64,000 nucleotides of DNA from Flaccisagitta enflata (lineage: Eukaryota): positions 13,578,001 through 13,642,000 of the forward strand of contig OZ231126.1 of assembly GCA_965153355.1 (NCBI GenBank), read 5' to 3'. Shown one piece after another: positions 26,495-40,856 of this stretch (position 1 is the first letter of the stretch; every line of letters starts with the position of its first letter). The translations under genes and the position numbers were made by a program. The notes beneath the pieces were generated by a model. It was given only the letters and a program-made list of their open reading frames with translations. It did not search any database and was not told the DNA's origin.

Positions 26495-26498
26495 AAAA

Positions 26499-26550
<52 letters not shown>

Positions 26551-26741
26551 GAGAAGAGGAAGAAAGAAAGAAAGAGAGAGAGAGTTGGCCAAGGTGGTCC
26601 TGTGAAACTTTGGGTCTAAATTGTCTTGGAGATAAGACAAGCAACAACTTTGCAGCATCTTAGGAGGCACAACAAACGAAAGGGACAGTCTGAATAATAA
26701 CAACACCGAGAACGACGACGACGACGATGGCGACGCGAAAG

Positions 26742-26800
<59 letters not shown>

Positions 26801-26884
26801 TATCTCGCGAGTTGGACCATTTGTTTTCTCCAGGTGGCGTTTTTGTGTTTCGGCGACGACCAAATCTACGAAATCTGCGCGTGG

Positions 26885-27120
26885 CCAAAATTGTTGTGGG
26901 CAAATTGTTGTGGGCAAAATTGTTGTGGGCAAAGTTGTCGTGGGCAAAGTTGTTGTGGGCAAAATTGTCGTGGACAAAATTGTTGTGGGCAAAATTGTTG
27001 TGGGCAAAGTTGTTGTGACCAAAATTGTTGTAGGCAAAATTGTTGTGGGCAAAATTGTTGTGGGTAGAACTGTTCTGTGCGATGATTGTTGTGGGCAAAA
27101 CTGCAGTGGGCAAATGTTGC
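26885..27120. repeat. 15-bp minisatellite (TTGTGGGCAAAATTG)
   Basis: About 13 tandem units. Confidence 0.9.
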
Positions 27121-27789
27121 CGTGGACGATGACTTTTGTGGACAATAATGATTGTTGTTATCAATGTTGTGACCGATTAATGTTGTTGCGGATCCTGCCT
27201 CCCTCTTTTTCTTTCGTTTCGGTCGGTTGCTCTGTCCATTGGTCCGTCCGCTACAATATTTTCTCCCTTGGTTACTTGTTTCTTCTAGTGGCAACAACAA
27301 TAATAAGCTCAATACAGGGCATAAGTCGCGGACGGTTGGGCAGGGGCAGTGCTGCAGTACTACAAAAGTACGGTAGTACATTTTTTCACACCCACAAATC
27401 TAGCAATGACCTAAAAAACTATCAACCAGAGAAAAAAGATGGTATTTCAAAAATGTTTCAAACAGACGAACCGAACGACCGAAAAAGAAAGGTGTAGAGT
27501 CGCGTGTCCGTTACAAAAACAGCAAGATTCGGTCTGTATTAATCTTTATCCTGTTTTCTTTGCATTCTGTTCTATTTTGTAAAAAGATTATTGCTCAGCA
27601 AGGCCAGATACACGGACCCCCAGTAGCGAACGGGTGAGCAGGGGCAGTATAGTGAATAATAAGTTACGGACCAACGGACAGACCAACCAACGAACCAACG
27701 GACCGACTCAGCAAGGTATAGAGTTGCCACTCCATGACTAAAAACCATTGCGTCACTTGCGGTCAATACTGTGTACTAGTTATTGCAAT

Positions 27790-28195
27790 ACTACGCGAAT
27801 AAAAAAAAAAGCCGCACCCTTTTTTAGCTGAATAGAAGAGACACAAAAAATAATTAAATTTTTTTTTCAACTGATTTTAATGATTTTCGAATTTTCTTTC
27901 ATTCTAGACTAACTGTCTGTATCTCAAACCGTCTAGGAGATAGAGCTTGCCAAAGTGAACTTCTCTTTTGCAAAAATGCAAAAATGCAAAAATAGGATTG
28001 CAAAATTGAAAATGTCAATGTTTTCACTCTTTTTTATGCCATTTCTAAACGAATAAAGCTAGAAATACCAGATTGGAGCCAAATGAAAGATCTCTTTAAG
28101 ATCTTCAAAATAGTCTAGGATTTTGTTTAATTATTTTGAAATTTAGTATGATAAATTGTCATTTAAAAGTGCGACTTTTTTTTTATTCGCGTAAT
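27790..28195. mobile_element. Tc1/mariner-type MITE
   Basis: TACGCGAATAAAAAAAAAAGCCGCAC / GTGCGACTTTTTTTTTATTCGCGTA inverted termini. Confidence 0.7.
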
Positions 28196-28767
28196 AGATT
28201 TCAAAACATCCTTCCTTGATTTCATTTTGATTTGCCTTGTTGATTGATGATTTTGTTACTTGGCGTCACTATAGGGTCCAATTCATCGCCGTCTTTTCTG
28301 TTGTCCACATGCCTGTTGTCCTTTTGTCTATTGTCCTTTTCCCTGTTGTCCTTCTGTCTGTTGTCCTTTTGTCTGTTGTCATTTTGTTTGGTTTCCTTGA
28401 TTGATCAATCTACCACTGAAAGGTACAATACATTGTCACCGAGAAATAGAATTCCTTTCCGGTTGTCCTTTTGTCTGCTACCCTTTAGTATGTTGTCATT
28501 TTGTTTGGCGCCGTCGATTGATCATTGTCCATGTGTCACTTGGAGTCGCTACTGGGTGTATATTATCGCCGGTGAGCGCGTGCGCAGATTCGGCCTGTGA
28601 AATGTTGCGCGATGTCGCTCCTCTCGTTGAATGCCAGCCTTCATACTCATCAGTAGACAGACGCCGAAAAAATGTGGTGGCGGAAGGGTAGGAGGGGAAA
28701 AGAGCGTTTGTTTTTCAATGAAATCTACGCGCACGTACGTGTGGGAGGTCTATCCCCTGTTTATTTT

Positions 28768-29030
28768 TCTTCTTCTTCTTCCTTTGCTTCTTCTTCTTCT
28801 TCTTCTTTTGCTTCTTCTTCTTCTTCTTCTTCTTCTTCTTCTTCTTCTTCTTCTTCTTCTTCTTCTTCTTCTTCTTCTTCTTCTTCTTCTTCTTCTTCTT
28901 TTTCTTCTTCTTCTTCTTCTTCTTCTTCTTCTTCTTCTTCTTCTTCTTCTTCTTCTTCTTCTTCTTCTTCTTCTTCTTCTTCTTCTTCTTCTTTTTCTTC
29001 TTCTTCTTCTTCTCCTATTCTTCTTCTTCT
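28768..29030. repeat. (TTC)n microsatellite
   Basis: Direct observation. Confidence 0.95.
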
Positions 29031-29034
29031 CCTT

Positions 29035-29670
29035 TTTGGGCAGCGGCCCCAAAGGGGCCGATGACCTCTGCTTTCACACATAGGGGAAATTTCTGCTTCT
29101 TCTCCTTCTTCTCTAAACGTCCCCCCCGTTTCAAGGCTCAAACCCCAGCCTTGAGGCTCAAATCACAGCCTCAAGGCTCAAATTCCAGCCTTGAGGCTGA
29201 AATTCCATCTTCGAGACTCAAATTCCAGCCTCTAGGCTGAAATTCCAGCTTCAAGGCCTAAATAACAATCTCAAGACTCAAATTCCAGCCTTGAGGCTCA
29301 ATTTCCAGCCTCAAGGCTCAAACTCCAACATCTAAGCTCAAATCTCAGCCTTGAGGCTTGAAACCAGCCTTGAGGCTCAAATCCCAGCCTTGAGGCTCAA
29401 ATCCCAGCCTTGAGGCTCAACTTCCAGCCTTGAGGCTCAAATCCTAGTCTAGAGACTCAAATCCCAGCCTTGAGGCTCAAATCCCAACCTTGAGGCTCCA
29501 ATCCTAGCTTTGAGGCTCAAATCCCAGCTTCGAGGCTCAAATCCTTGCAGCAAGGCTCAAATTCCAGCCTTTAGCTTCAAGACTAAACTGAGCATAGGTT
29601 ATCGGTCCCTCACATACACCAACACAGGGGCAACGGGTACCGCTGACCATCTAACGCTTTTGCGACTATT
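29035..29670 (+). mobile_element. Family B element with 21-bp CCAGCCTTGAGGCTCAAATC(C) core
   Basis: TTTTGGGCAGCGGCCCCAAAGGGGCCGATG start; GGTACCGCTGACCATCTAACGC end shared with 47.1 kb. Confidence 0.8.
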
Positions 29671-30340
29671 CTGCTTCTGCTTCTGCTTCTTCTTCTTCTT
29701 CCTCTACTTCCTCTCCTTTATTCTCTTTTTCTTCTTCTTCTTGTTTTTCTTCTCTTCTTTTCTTATACGTTTTCCCATTACTACATTAGTAAGTTTAGTA
29801 GCTAGCTTTTACTTAAAACTGAGTATTATTAACCACAATAGTATTGAAATGCATAAAAGTCCACAACGAAACCATGCGATAATGTTACCACAATAACGCA
29901 TAAATACAGAGGGCGAGTTTCAGAGGGAAAGACAATGGGAGGATGCGAATTAAAGGGACTGTGGAGCTCTAGAAGAAAAGTGTGTGTGGGGGGGGGGAAG
30001 GGGAAGGAGGGGGAGGGGGAGGGGGGACGGGGGAGGAGGGGTGGAATTTACCTAGACGCATCTCGTTTCCTCTTATCGGCACTAAATATCCTCTCTCTCT
30101 CGGAAGCGAAGCGTAAGCGGTCGGTCGGAAGGTTGTGAGGAGGAGAAGGAGGAAGAGGAGGAGGAGGAGGAGAAAGAGGATGTTACGTGGAAGCGGGACC
30201 ATTTATTGCCACTGAATGCCAACTTCATCTTGAGATGATGTTCTTTATTATTGTCGTTTATTGTGTTTGTCATTGTGCCCAATGTCCAGCAGCCGAATGC
30301 GCACAAAACACGTCGCCGGACGCAGAGAAGAAAGAAAAGA

Positions 30341-30860
30341 AACAAGGCCAGATACACGGCTACCGAAGTCGCGTGCGGCTGGGCAGGGGCCATATTTGAG
30401 GTCACCAGACCATTTGGGCAGGAGCAGGGAGGTCAAAGTAAAAAAATCATAAAAAAAAGTAAAGTGTGACCGACGGACCAACCGACCGACTGACAAAGCA
30501 GGTTGTAGAGTCGTGTGCACGCGACTAGAAACAAGCTCGACCAGGCAACGATGCGTCCGGGCTGTGTCTCAGCGTGTATTGATCATGTGACATATGTATG
30601 GGAGAGACAGATGGACAAACAGACGGGTGAAAAGACTCTCAAAAGATGTTGGTTGATCATTTGTGTCAGTGTAGGATCACACTGTGGCCAAAAATAGCCA
30701 AGAAACGCGGTTTTTGCACAGGCGTAACGGACCGACGGACTGACGGACCGACGGACCGACGGACCGACGGACCGACGGACCGACGGACCGACGGACCGAC
30801 GGACCGACGGACGGACAGACCCTCTCGTAGAGAAGCATACCTGACGGACGCATCTTAAAA
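30341..30860 (-). mobile_element. Family A element (30341-30530) abutting a family C element (30529-30860)
   Basis: Family C (AACAAGC.CGACCAGGCAACGAT..GACGGACGCATCT) recurs at 54849-55183. Confidence 0.75.
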
Positions 30861-31123
30861 GAAAAAGATAAGAAAAAGAGGGAAGAAGAAAAAAAGGATA
30901 GATGGAAAGAAGAACAGGAGGAAAGAAGGAAAGACGGAAAGACGGAAAGAAAAAAAGAAGGAAAGCAGAAAGAAGAAAGAATGAAACAAGGAAAGAAAGA
31001 AGAAGAAGAAAAGAAGGAAAAGAAAGAAAGAGGGAAACAGGGAAAAGTAGAAAAGAGAAGGTACACAAACATGTAAAGATATAAGGATTTTCTCGCATAA
31101 TCGATCAGGTGACTTCAGAAACT

Positions 31124-31440
31124 TTGTTTCGTTCGTTCGTTCGTTTGTTCGTTCGTTCGTTCGTTCGTTCGTTCGTTCGTTCGTACGTTTGTTCGTTCGT
31201 TCGTTCGTTCGTTCGTTCGTTCGTTCGTTCGTTCGTTCGTTCGTTCGTTCGTTCGTTCGTTCATTCATTCATTCATTCATTCGTTCATTCATTCATTCAT
31301 TCATTCATTCATTCATTCGTTCGTTCGTTCGTTCGTTCGTTCGTTTGTTTGTTTGTTCGTTCGTTCGTTTGTTCGTTCGTTCGTTCGTTCGTTCGTTCGT
31401 TCGTTCGTTCGTTCGTTCGTTCGTTCGTTCGTTCGTTCGT
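31124..31440. repeat. Compound (TTCG)n/(TTCA)n microsatellite
   Basis: Direct observation. Confidence 0.95.
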
Positions 31441-31714
31441 ACTCAACTCATCAGAACGCTTTGAAACCGTAAGTAAATTCAAGGCGTTATATTTTGATTG
31501 TGTGCTCATTACTTCAATGCTCCTCCCTCTTCAGCGCTCACTTTGTTACCTCCTTCCTGTACAAGTTTGAAGATTGCATCATTTCTCAACACTGCAAACA
31601 CGCTCATATTCGGCCTCGCGCGTCGCTAAACCGCATCTTTAGAGCCGGACGCTTGCGAGAGCAGTATAGTTCTCAGGAAAAGATATTTATTGGTGTCAAT
31701 GCCAATGTCAGACT

Positions 31715-31838
<124 letters not shown>

Positions 31839-33409
31839 CACCGCCCGGGTCGTTATTCCTCATATTTTCTGTCTTCTGTTACGTTGGATGTTGGTCACAT
31901 TTCACCTTAGGCTTAACTCCAACTTGTCTTTTGCAAATCTTTCGTAATAACGATTGCAATCTGTCAAAAGAGATTACGGACAACAATGACAAATTCCTTT
32001 TATTATTTGCTTTGTTCGGAGGGCTTTCTTGGTGGACGTGTTTACAACCATGTATTTGGGCAGGAGACATCTTACATGAATAAGTTTGCATTCAACTTGT
32101 TGGCATTTAGATACAAGACATTGTGCCTATTTACAAAAGAGAAAAGATCTAAATGAATGAATGAATGAAAGAATGAATGAATGAATGAATGAATGAATGA
32201 ATGAATGAATGAATGTAAAATACTGTTAGAAAAACGAATTATTATGAGGTTAGCATTGCTGACGGACGGATGGACAGATGGATAGGGCTTCCAAATTAGT
32301 AGAAGCGCGTCGGAGTATCTTTTCCTAGAAAAATGTCCATAGCATACCATATTATCAGTCCATGCAAAAGACTAACGATATCCACAGAGGAAGATAATAA
32401 ACGTCCACGTACGAAAAAGAAGAAAGATGATAGTGTTTTCTTTCAAAACTAATAGATATCGATTTTTTTTTCTTTCTTGTTGCGCAAATTCTCATTTACA
32501 GTTTATTTATCGAATGCAGCGACGTAATCGCAGAGATCTGTCGCAATATTTCAGGTGCTTCGTGAGAGTCGTGAGACTAAGGCAAGTGGTGGATAGTGAT
32601 GGGGATGGTGGTTAATCCATGAGAGATGGTGGCAATAGGAAGGGGGAGGGGTGGATCAAACAACTGAATAGTTGTTTGATGAGACAGTGGCAAGTGCAGG
32701 TGTTGATGGAGTCACATGAAGGTTCAATTCATTGACTGTTGCAAAATTGTTTGGCAGCAAAGGGAGGGAGGCAAAGACAGACGTTGATGAGCGATGGTGG
32801 TAGTCGGTGGTGGTACCGTGATACTCAGTGATAGTGGAGAGGAAGGCGGTTGCTGGGCTGGTGGTGGCGTAAGGAATAACTCAGGTGCTTGATGAGGCGT
32901 CGGCGGATGTTGATGGGTGATGGTGTAGGCGGGTGATGCGAGTAATGTGGCAAAGGGCAGAGGGGGAAGGAAGTGAGTGATGGTGATGGTGGCAAAGGGC
33001 AGAGGGGGAAGGAAGCGAGTGATGGTGGCAGATAGGGGGGGGGCGAGGGTGGGATGGGCTATGGACAGTGTTGGCGATGGCAATGATTCAGGTGCTTTAA
33101 AAGGCAGTGGCCGGTGTTAGTGGGTGATGATATTGATGGGTGGGGGTTTCGAGTGAAAGTGGCAAAGGGGGAGGGGGGAGGCGGGTAGGGCGGGGTGGCG
33201 GTAGCAATAATTCAGGTGGCGTGACTTAAGATTAAATCGTTGCCGTGTCCCAAGCCGCTCGTCTTCATCTTATTTCTTCTTTCTTTTTCTTTTCTATTCT
33301 TAATTTTCTTATTTCTTTTTCTCGTTTGTCCGCCCATCTGTTCGTCTGTTCTTTCGTTTCTTGGTTCGTCTGTTGCTGTTTGTTCCGCCGCAAGTTTTTG
33401 TTCGTTCGT

Positions 33410-33830
<421 letters not shown>

Positions 33831-34460
33831 TTCTCCTATTTTCCTCCCGTCCATTTTGGCTATTACTTATCTCATAACGGCATCCTCGGCCTTGCCGGCT
33901 CTATTCCGGCTCTTCTCCGGCTCGATCTGGCATTCAGGTTCTTCACGTCGGCGGATCTTGCGGCAATTTTACCGGACTGCCGGTATATTCTTCCCTTCCT
34001 TTGCTTTTCCTTTCCCATTTCCGGCAGTCGGCGTCTCTTTCCGGCGTCTCTTTCCGGCGTCTCTTTCCGGCGAAATATCGGCTGTTGCATCGCGGAAGAC
34101 GAGGACTGATTGCGTAACTTCGTCGACTAAATGACGGCTTCTATTTCTTTTTCTTTCTTTTCCTCTTCTCCATCTGCAACTCCGCGACTTCTTTTTTTCT
34201 TTTTTTTTCCTTTTCTTTTTCTTTTTCTTTTTCTTTTCTTTTTCAACTCCACGACTTCTTCTGTTTCTGTTTTTCTTTTTCTTTTTCTTTTTCTTTTTCT
34301 TTTTCTTTTTCTTTTTCTTTTTCTTTTTCTTTTTCTTTTTCTTTTTTTCTTTTCCTTTTTCTTTTTCAACTCCACGACTTCTTCTTCTTTTTCCTTTTCC
34401 TCTTCTTTTTCTTTTTCTTTTTCTTTTTCTTTTTCTTTTTCTTTTTCTTTTACTTTTACT

Positions 34461-34990
34461 TTTTGGGCAGCGGCCCCAAAGGGCCGATGTCCTGTAGGAC
34501 ACAGGGGTGAATTTCCAGACGTCCGTCCGTACGTCTGTCCATCCGTCCATACGTCTGTCTGTCCCCCCCCCTTGCAGCTTCTCAAGCCTCAAATTCCCAT
34601 TGAATAGCATGGGAAATTGAAAAAATACAATTTTCCCATTGAATAATATGGAAAATCTACAAAAAAAAAAAACAAACAAAAAATTGCATGTTCCCCAATA
34701 AATAACATAGAAAATTTATGAAAATTGAAAAAAATGTGAAATTCCCATTGGATAATGTGGTAAAATGACGAGAAATTGAAAAAAATGCAAAATTCCTATT
34801 GAATAACATGGAAAATGGCTACCAAGGACTCGAGTATACCCTCTAAAGACGTCTGGAAATTCACCTCTGTGTTCAACAGGACATCGGCCCTTTGGGGCCG
34901 CTGCCCTGCTCTCACTCAATTTTTTTAGATAATCACTCCAAGCAGGGCATCGGGCACCGCTGACCATGTGCGATTCTTGGATGACTTGTT
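34461..34990 (+). mobile_element. Family B element with about 60-bp subterminal inverted repeats and AT-rich core
   Basis: GGGCAGCGGCCCCAAAGGGCCGATGTCCTGT..ATTTCCAGACGTC mirrored at about 34848-34907; CCGCTGACCAT 3' tail. Confidence 0.8.
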
Positions 34991-35279
34991 CTTTTTCTTT
35001 TTCTTTTTCTGGTCCTTCTTTTTCTTCTTTTTCTTCTTCTTCTCCTCCTTCTTCTTCTTCTTTTTCTTTTTCTTTTTCTTTTTCTTTTTCTTTTTCTTTT
35101 TCTTTTTCTTCTTCTTCTTCTTCTTCTTCTTCTTCTTCTTCTTCTTCTTCTTCTTCTTTTTCTTTTTCTTTTTCTTTTTCTTTTTCTTTTTCTTCTTCTT
35201 CTTCTTCTTCTTCTTCTTCTTCTTCTTCTAAACCCTTCTTCTTTTCTTCCTTTTCTTCTTCGTCTTCTTCGTCTTCCTC

Positions 35280-35311
<32 letters not shown>

Positions 35312-37163
35312 CTTCTTCTTCTTCTTCTTCTTCTTCTTCTTCTTCTTCTTCTTCTTCTTCTGCCTCTTCTCTCTTCTTCTTCTTCTTCTTCTTCTTCTTC
35401 TTCTTCTTCTTCTTCTTCTTCTTCTTCTTCTTCTTCTTCTTCTTCTTCTTCTTCTTCTTCTTCTTCTTCTTCTTTTCTTCTTATTCTTCTTCTGTTCTTC
35501 TTCTTCTTCTTCGTCTACGTCTTCGTCTTCGTCTTCTTCTTCTTCTTTCTCCAGTTTATTTTCTTGTTTTTTTCTTTTTTACGAACGTTTCTGGTAGAAT
35601 CGACACTGCTACCGCGCAAAGTTCTCTAATTCACCACTGCTGTTTATTCCCCATTACCCCTCCCCCTCTTTTCCCCTTGTAACTCCCCAGGGGGGTTCCA
35701 CCCCCGCGGAGGAAGGAAGGTTGGATGGAGACGACCCTCGTTTATGAGCCAACTGCCGTGGAAATCCGATACCTAAAATGACAGACGAAGATTGGTTGCT
35801 GTCGGAGGAGTCTAGATGCCACATCCTCTCTACTTTCTCCCTCTTCCACTTCACGTGCCTATCTCCCCCCCCCCCTCCCCCACCTTTCCATGTCTGAATG
35901 TGACATCATGAGACCTCATTTCTCAATTCTCTTTTATCACCCTCCCCCATATACCACCCCTCTCACCCCTTTCACAGCGTCCTCCATTTCCTAATTTTCT
36001 CTTCCTCTTTGCGCTATCCTCTTCGCACTCTCCCCCTCGCCCTTCATCTACGGATCTATCTTCATCCGTCACCATTGGCAACTCTGCCTGTTCCTCCTTT
36101 TCCCCCCCCCCTCTTCCTTTCCACCTTCTTCTTCCCCCCCCCTCCCATCCGTCCCGCCTTGCGTAATCGATGCCGACGATTAAATATGGAAGAGAAAGAC
36201 ATTCTTATGTGTGTCTGCCACCGTCCAACTCGAGACCTTAGAGGGCGAGAAGACGCTGAGGAGGAGGGGGAGGAGGAGGAAGAAGAGGAGGAAGAAGAGG
36301 AGGAAGAGGAAGAGGTAGAGTCGAGAGGCGGTTAACCCCGTTACTATGGTAACTAACGAGATTGACCTTTGTACTTTCGGGAGAATGCGAGATGGAGTAA
36401 ACGAGAGAAAGACAACGGCGGAGGAAAGGCATGAGAAGTGCGACGGAGATAACTAACCCTGTTCTGTTTTTCTGTTTTTCTGTTTTTTTTTTTTGTTTTT
36501 TTTTCTTTTTTTTTTTGTTTTTTTTTGTTTTTTCTTTTTTTCTTTTTTTCTTTTTTTTTGGTTTTTGGTTTTTTTTAACAAGCCCTGTTCTGTACTGGTT
36601 TTTTTTCTGTTTTGTTGGTTTTATAGTTCTGCTCTGTTTCTTCTTGTTGTATTCTGTTCTTTACATCTCTAATGTGTTCTTTTCTGCTCTTTTCCGTTTT
36701 GTTCCATTTTGCTTCAGTGTAAATATATACGGTCATTTTCCTTGTGTCTATCCTGCAGAGGGATAGAATGAATAAGGAAGAGGGTAGAGATGGAGGATTC
36801 GTGTCGGAAGTAAGTAAGAGTGGCAATAACAGTTGATAGTCTAACAAAATGTAAGCAAAAGAAAGGGGCAAAAAATAAAAAGAAGAAAAAAAAAAGGAGA
36901 GAGGAGAACGAAAGAGAAAGATGTTCTATATTTGACGAGAATGTGTAGTTAGCTTTTGATAAATGTGAAAAAGTATACAATAATAGATTATAGTTAAAGA
37001 GATTGAAGGTTGATGAACTTACAAGACGGGATTTGGAACGTAGCGCTATCTCCATTTCTTTCCCCCGGTAAATAACTGTCTCTGTCTCTGTTGCTCTTCA
37101 TTCTCTGTCCAGTCTCTGGTTCCTCTCTGTCTGTCTGTTTGTTCGTCTATCTACCTGTGTAGC

Positions 37164-37200
<37 letters not shown>

Positions 37201-37209
37201 TTCTGTCTA

Positions 37210-37264
<55 letters not shown>

Positions 37265-37277
37265 GCCCGTTTTTCCG

Positions 37278-37380
<103 letters not shown>

Positions 37381-37479
37381 ATGGAATGGAAAAAGTAAGT
37401 TTTACCTGCGGCATAACATTAAAGTGCTTATTTATTGTTACGTTGCTCATTAATCTCTCTTTGTCTCTTTTTCTTCTCT

Positions 37480-37577
<98 letters not shown>

Positions 37578-39662
37578 CCTCATGATCCGCTTGAGCCCAC
37601 TAGAGGCGCTGGGGTCTTCAGGGGTGAAAGTTCTCGGCTTTGCTCCGAAAAGGTTTTCTCTTTTTTATGATTTCCAAACTGGCGTTTGACAGTCATGTTC
37701 CACACTCACCAATCCTCGGCGTCTGGTAGCCACTTCAACCCTTACTCAAAACACCTGCAACCTCCACATTCACTTTCTCTACCCACCTCAACCAAAACTA
37801 CACCATTTCACACTGACATGTTCCACAATCTACAATTACCTACTCCTGTGCGTCTTGTGCCTCTCATACCCTCGCCCCAATTAGCAATAACAACATCAAC
37901 CAACTTATCTATCCCCTCCCCCCACAGCCCAAACATCCGACATATCATGCGACATGCTACTCAATCATTTGCATAAAAATCCATTTCACCCACATCTGCA
38001 CATCAAACCCCACAACTTCTACGCCATCTTTAATTGTTTGTGGATGATTGAGGCGGAAAAGCAACCTTCTTTGCCCCAGACCATTTATATCCCGCCTAAA
38101 ACTAGGTGCGGAACTATGAGCAAAAATGTATCTAGGCTCCCTCTTTGATCGTTGATTACATGAAACAATAATCTGATAGGATCTCAGAAAAATCTGTACT
38201 GGAGCTACACCGCGCTACCAGCATGGCTCGTTCTTTAGAATAAACTAGTTAGATGGGATTGCCTCCTCGAATTTGGTAGTGACCTGACATCAGTAGCATG
38301 GGTCATCACGCCCGTCATGTTTGTTCGTGTTGTTTCCGGGAGTAGCCGGCCAGTTGCCGCAATTACAAATGTAACGTTCTCAACCTGTCGCTACAGAGAG
38401 GTGATAAGGGAGAAAATTTCGATTATCAGGAGGTAACGGGAAACTTCATATCACACAGACAAACCTGTATGGTCCAGAGCTGTTCAACTGTTTGGTCGTC
38501 ACCATTACCGCTAATCTTACTAGTGCTTACCTAATATGTAACAATATCATTTTTGAAAATCTTTTTAGTTATGTTTACCAGTAATGGCGGCTGTCGCCGT
38601 GAGGAAAAAAGTCGTCAGCATTGGTCACTTTCCATCAAGCTTTTGTCTTTAGTCACTGCAAATCTTTTTTTCTATTAGATCAAATCATGTATTGATTGCA
38701 CTGAAAATCAGAGAAAAACATGACTGATACAAATGAGCTAGATGAGCAAAAATGCTCAAAATCACTCAACCAGACAATCAGCTATGCTGACATGTTTTTT
38801 TTGTATTTACATGCTCCCATTAAAACATTTATTTATCCCATTAAAAATCAGAAAAAAAAAAGACTAAACTAAATGAGCTAAGTGAGCTAAAATGCTTAAA
38901 AACACCCTCACAGATGAGCAGTTATGCTCACTGATATGCTTTTTTGTATCTGCTTTCTTAAACATGTATCAGAATATCTATTCATTTATCACATTTAGGA
39001 TAAAAAAAGAAACTGAGCTAAATGTGCTAGAATCCTCCAAAACGCCCTCACAGATGAGCAGCTATGCTCATAAACATATTTTTTTTGTATTTGCATGCTC
39101 AAACAAACATAAATACACTCCTTTTTTGATCCTACTCAAAATCATAAAAAAATGGAAAAAAATTCAATTTGCAATTTTCATAAATAAATCTTTAAAAAAT
39201 CATAACGCGAAAAATATTTGTCGTAGAGCATTCTGCTTGGCGCCAAATGAAAGAAAATTATCAAATTTACTTACCCTATCAATTTCATTAGAGGCCCCAT
39301 TCGGTCGGTGGAGATTCCCAACTTTCCCATAAGAAAATGAAAACCCTGTTTCTCTCGAATATGTCAAAAAGTCGAAGACTGACTTCGACTTTTTTCCCGA
39401 TAACCGTTATTTCATGAAATTTCATCACGATCTGATAATGAAACAAAAATGGTTCTTACTACATTATGCAAATCAGTCTTCAATTGATTACATACTTCTT
39501 TTTTTCAGTCGCGGATATTTCTATAATGCAAATCTAAAAGATAGACCCACTAGTGTTAAATTGCAATTCATGAGACAAGAAATTATGCAGAGCGCGGAAA
39601 TACAAACATAAATGCAGAGTTGAATACGGCAGTCAGAAATGCGATGTCGTAACGAGATGACG

Positions 39663-39698
<36 letters not shown>

Positions 39699-39819
39699 GG
39701 CGTGTCACTCTCCTCCGAGGGGTCAAGAGATTGATCGTTGAATAAAGATATCGCGGTAAATGTTAACCGCAAATACGATTCATATCCTTCAAACTGTTCC
39801 ACGTCTCATATACAATCTT

Positions 39820-40004
<185 letters not shown>

Positions 40005-40856
40005 CGAGGCCTAGAACATATAACATGAAGAAACGAATATTTCCTCTCCACCTGTCCATATTTGAAAAGCGCGTCTTCAACATTATTGTCTTATCCGCCA
40101 ATGAACGTAAAGCGTACATCATCCACTGATGTTGCAGATTTCATCGCCATCTTGTCACAATTTTCATTCATCAAGCTTCCGTGAGATTCCAAATGTTCAA
40201 AGGCCGCTCTAAAGACAGATAATTAAAAGAAGTTATAATCATGTACCATGAATTTGGTTTCCTGAAAAAAAAAACCCCCTTGACTTGGGAGAATGTCTAC
40301 CAAAAATCAATGGGGAAAGACGAGTATGGCAGATGGGCCGTCGGTCTGACTGGGAGATATTAACGGACAGGTGGATCTGTAACAAACTCTTTAAGGTAAT
40401 AGAAAATATGCAAAACTGTGTAAAGGCGTGATTGTTGTGCCTGAAGACATCGAGAGTCTCCAATTGCAGCTTTCCATTTTCCAATCTGACAAAAAAGCCA
40501 GTTTTGATTTTGCCATTTGCTCCACAAAGTCCTGGGTTGACCCAAATGATAAATTTCTTTCGAAACAGAAGATTTTGTTAATGTACCATTTGACCATTAT
40601 GAACAAAGCTAGTAGATGATCAATAGATGCATCATCTTCAGATGTAATACTAATGAATATAATGTATGAGATGAAAGATGATGAAAGATGAAAGATGAAA
40701 GATGAAAGATGATCAAATGAAGAGAAATGCCTACAGATCATGTTCAACAGAATTAGCATTTGGTATGACATGCAGACGAATGGACACACCTAACATCAAG
40801 CAAGCTCTGATTAGTAATCATAAGTTTCATTTATCCATCAAATTTAACCTCCTTTA

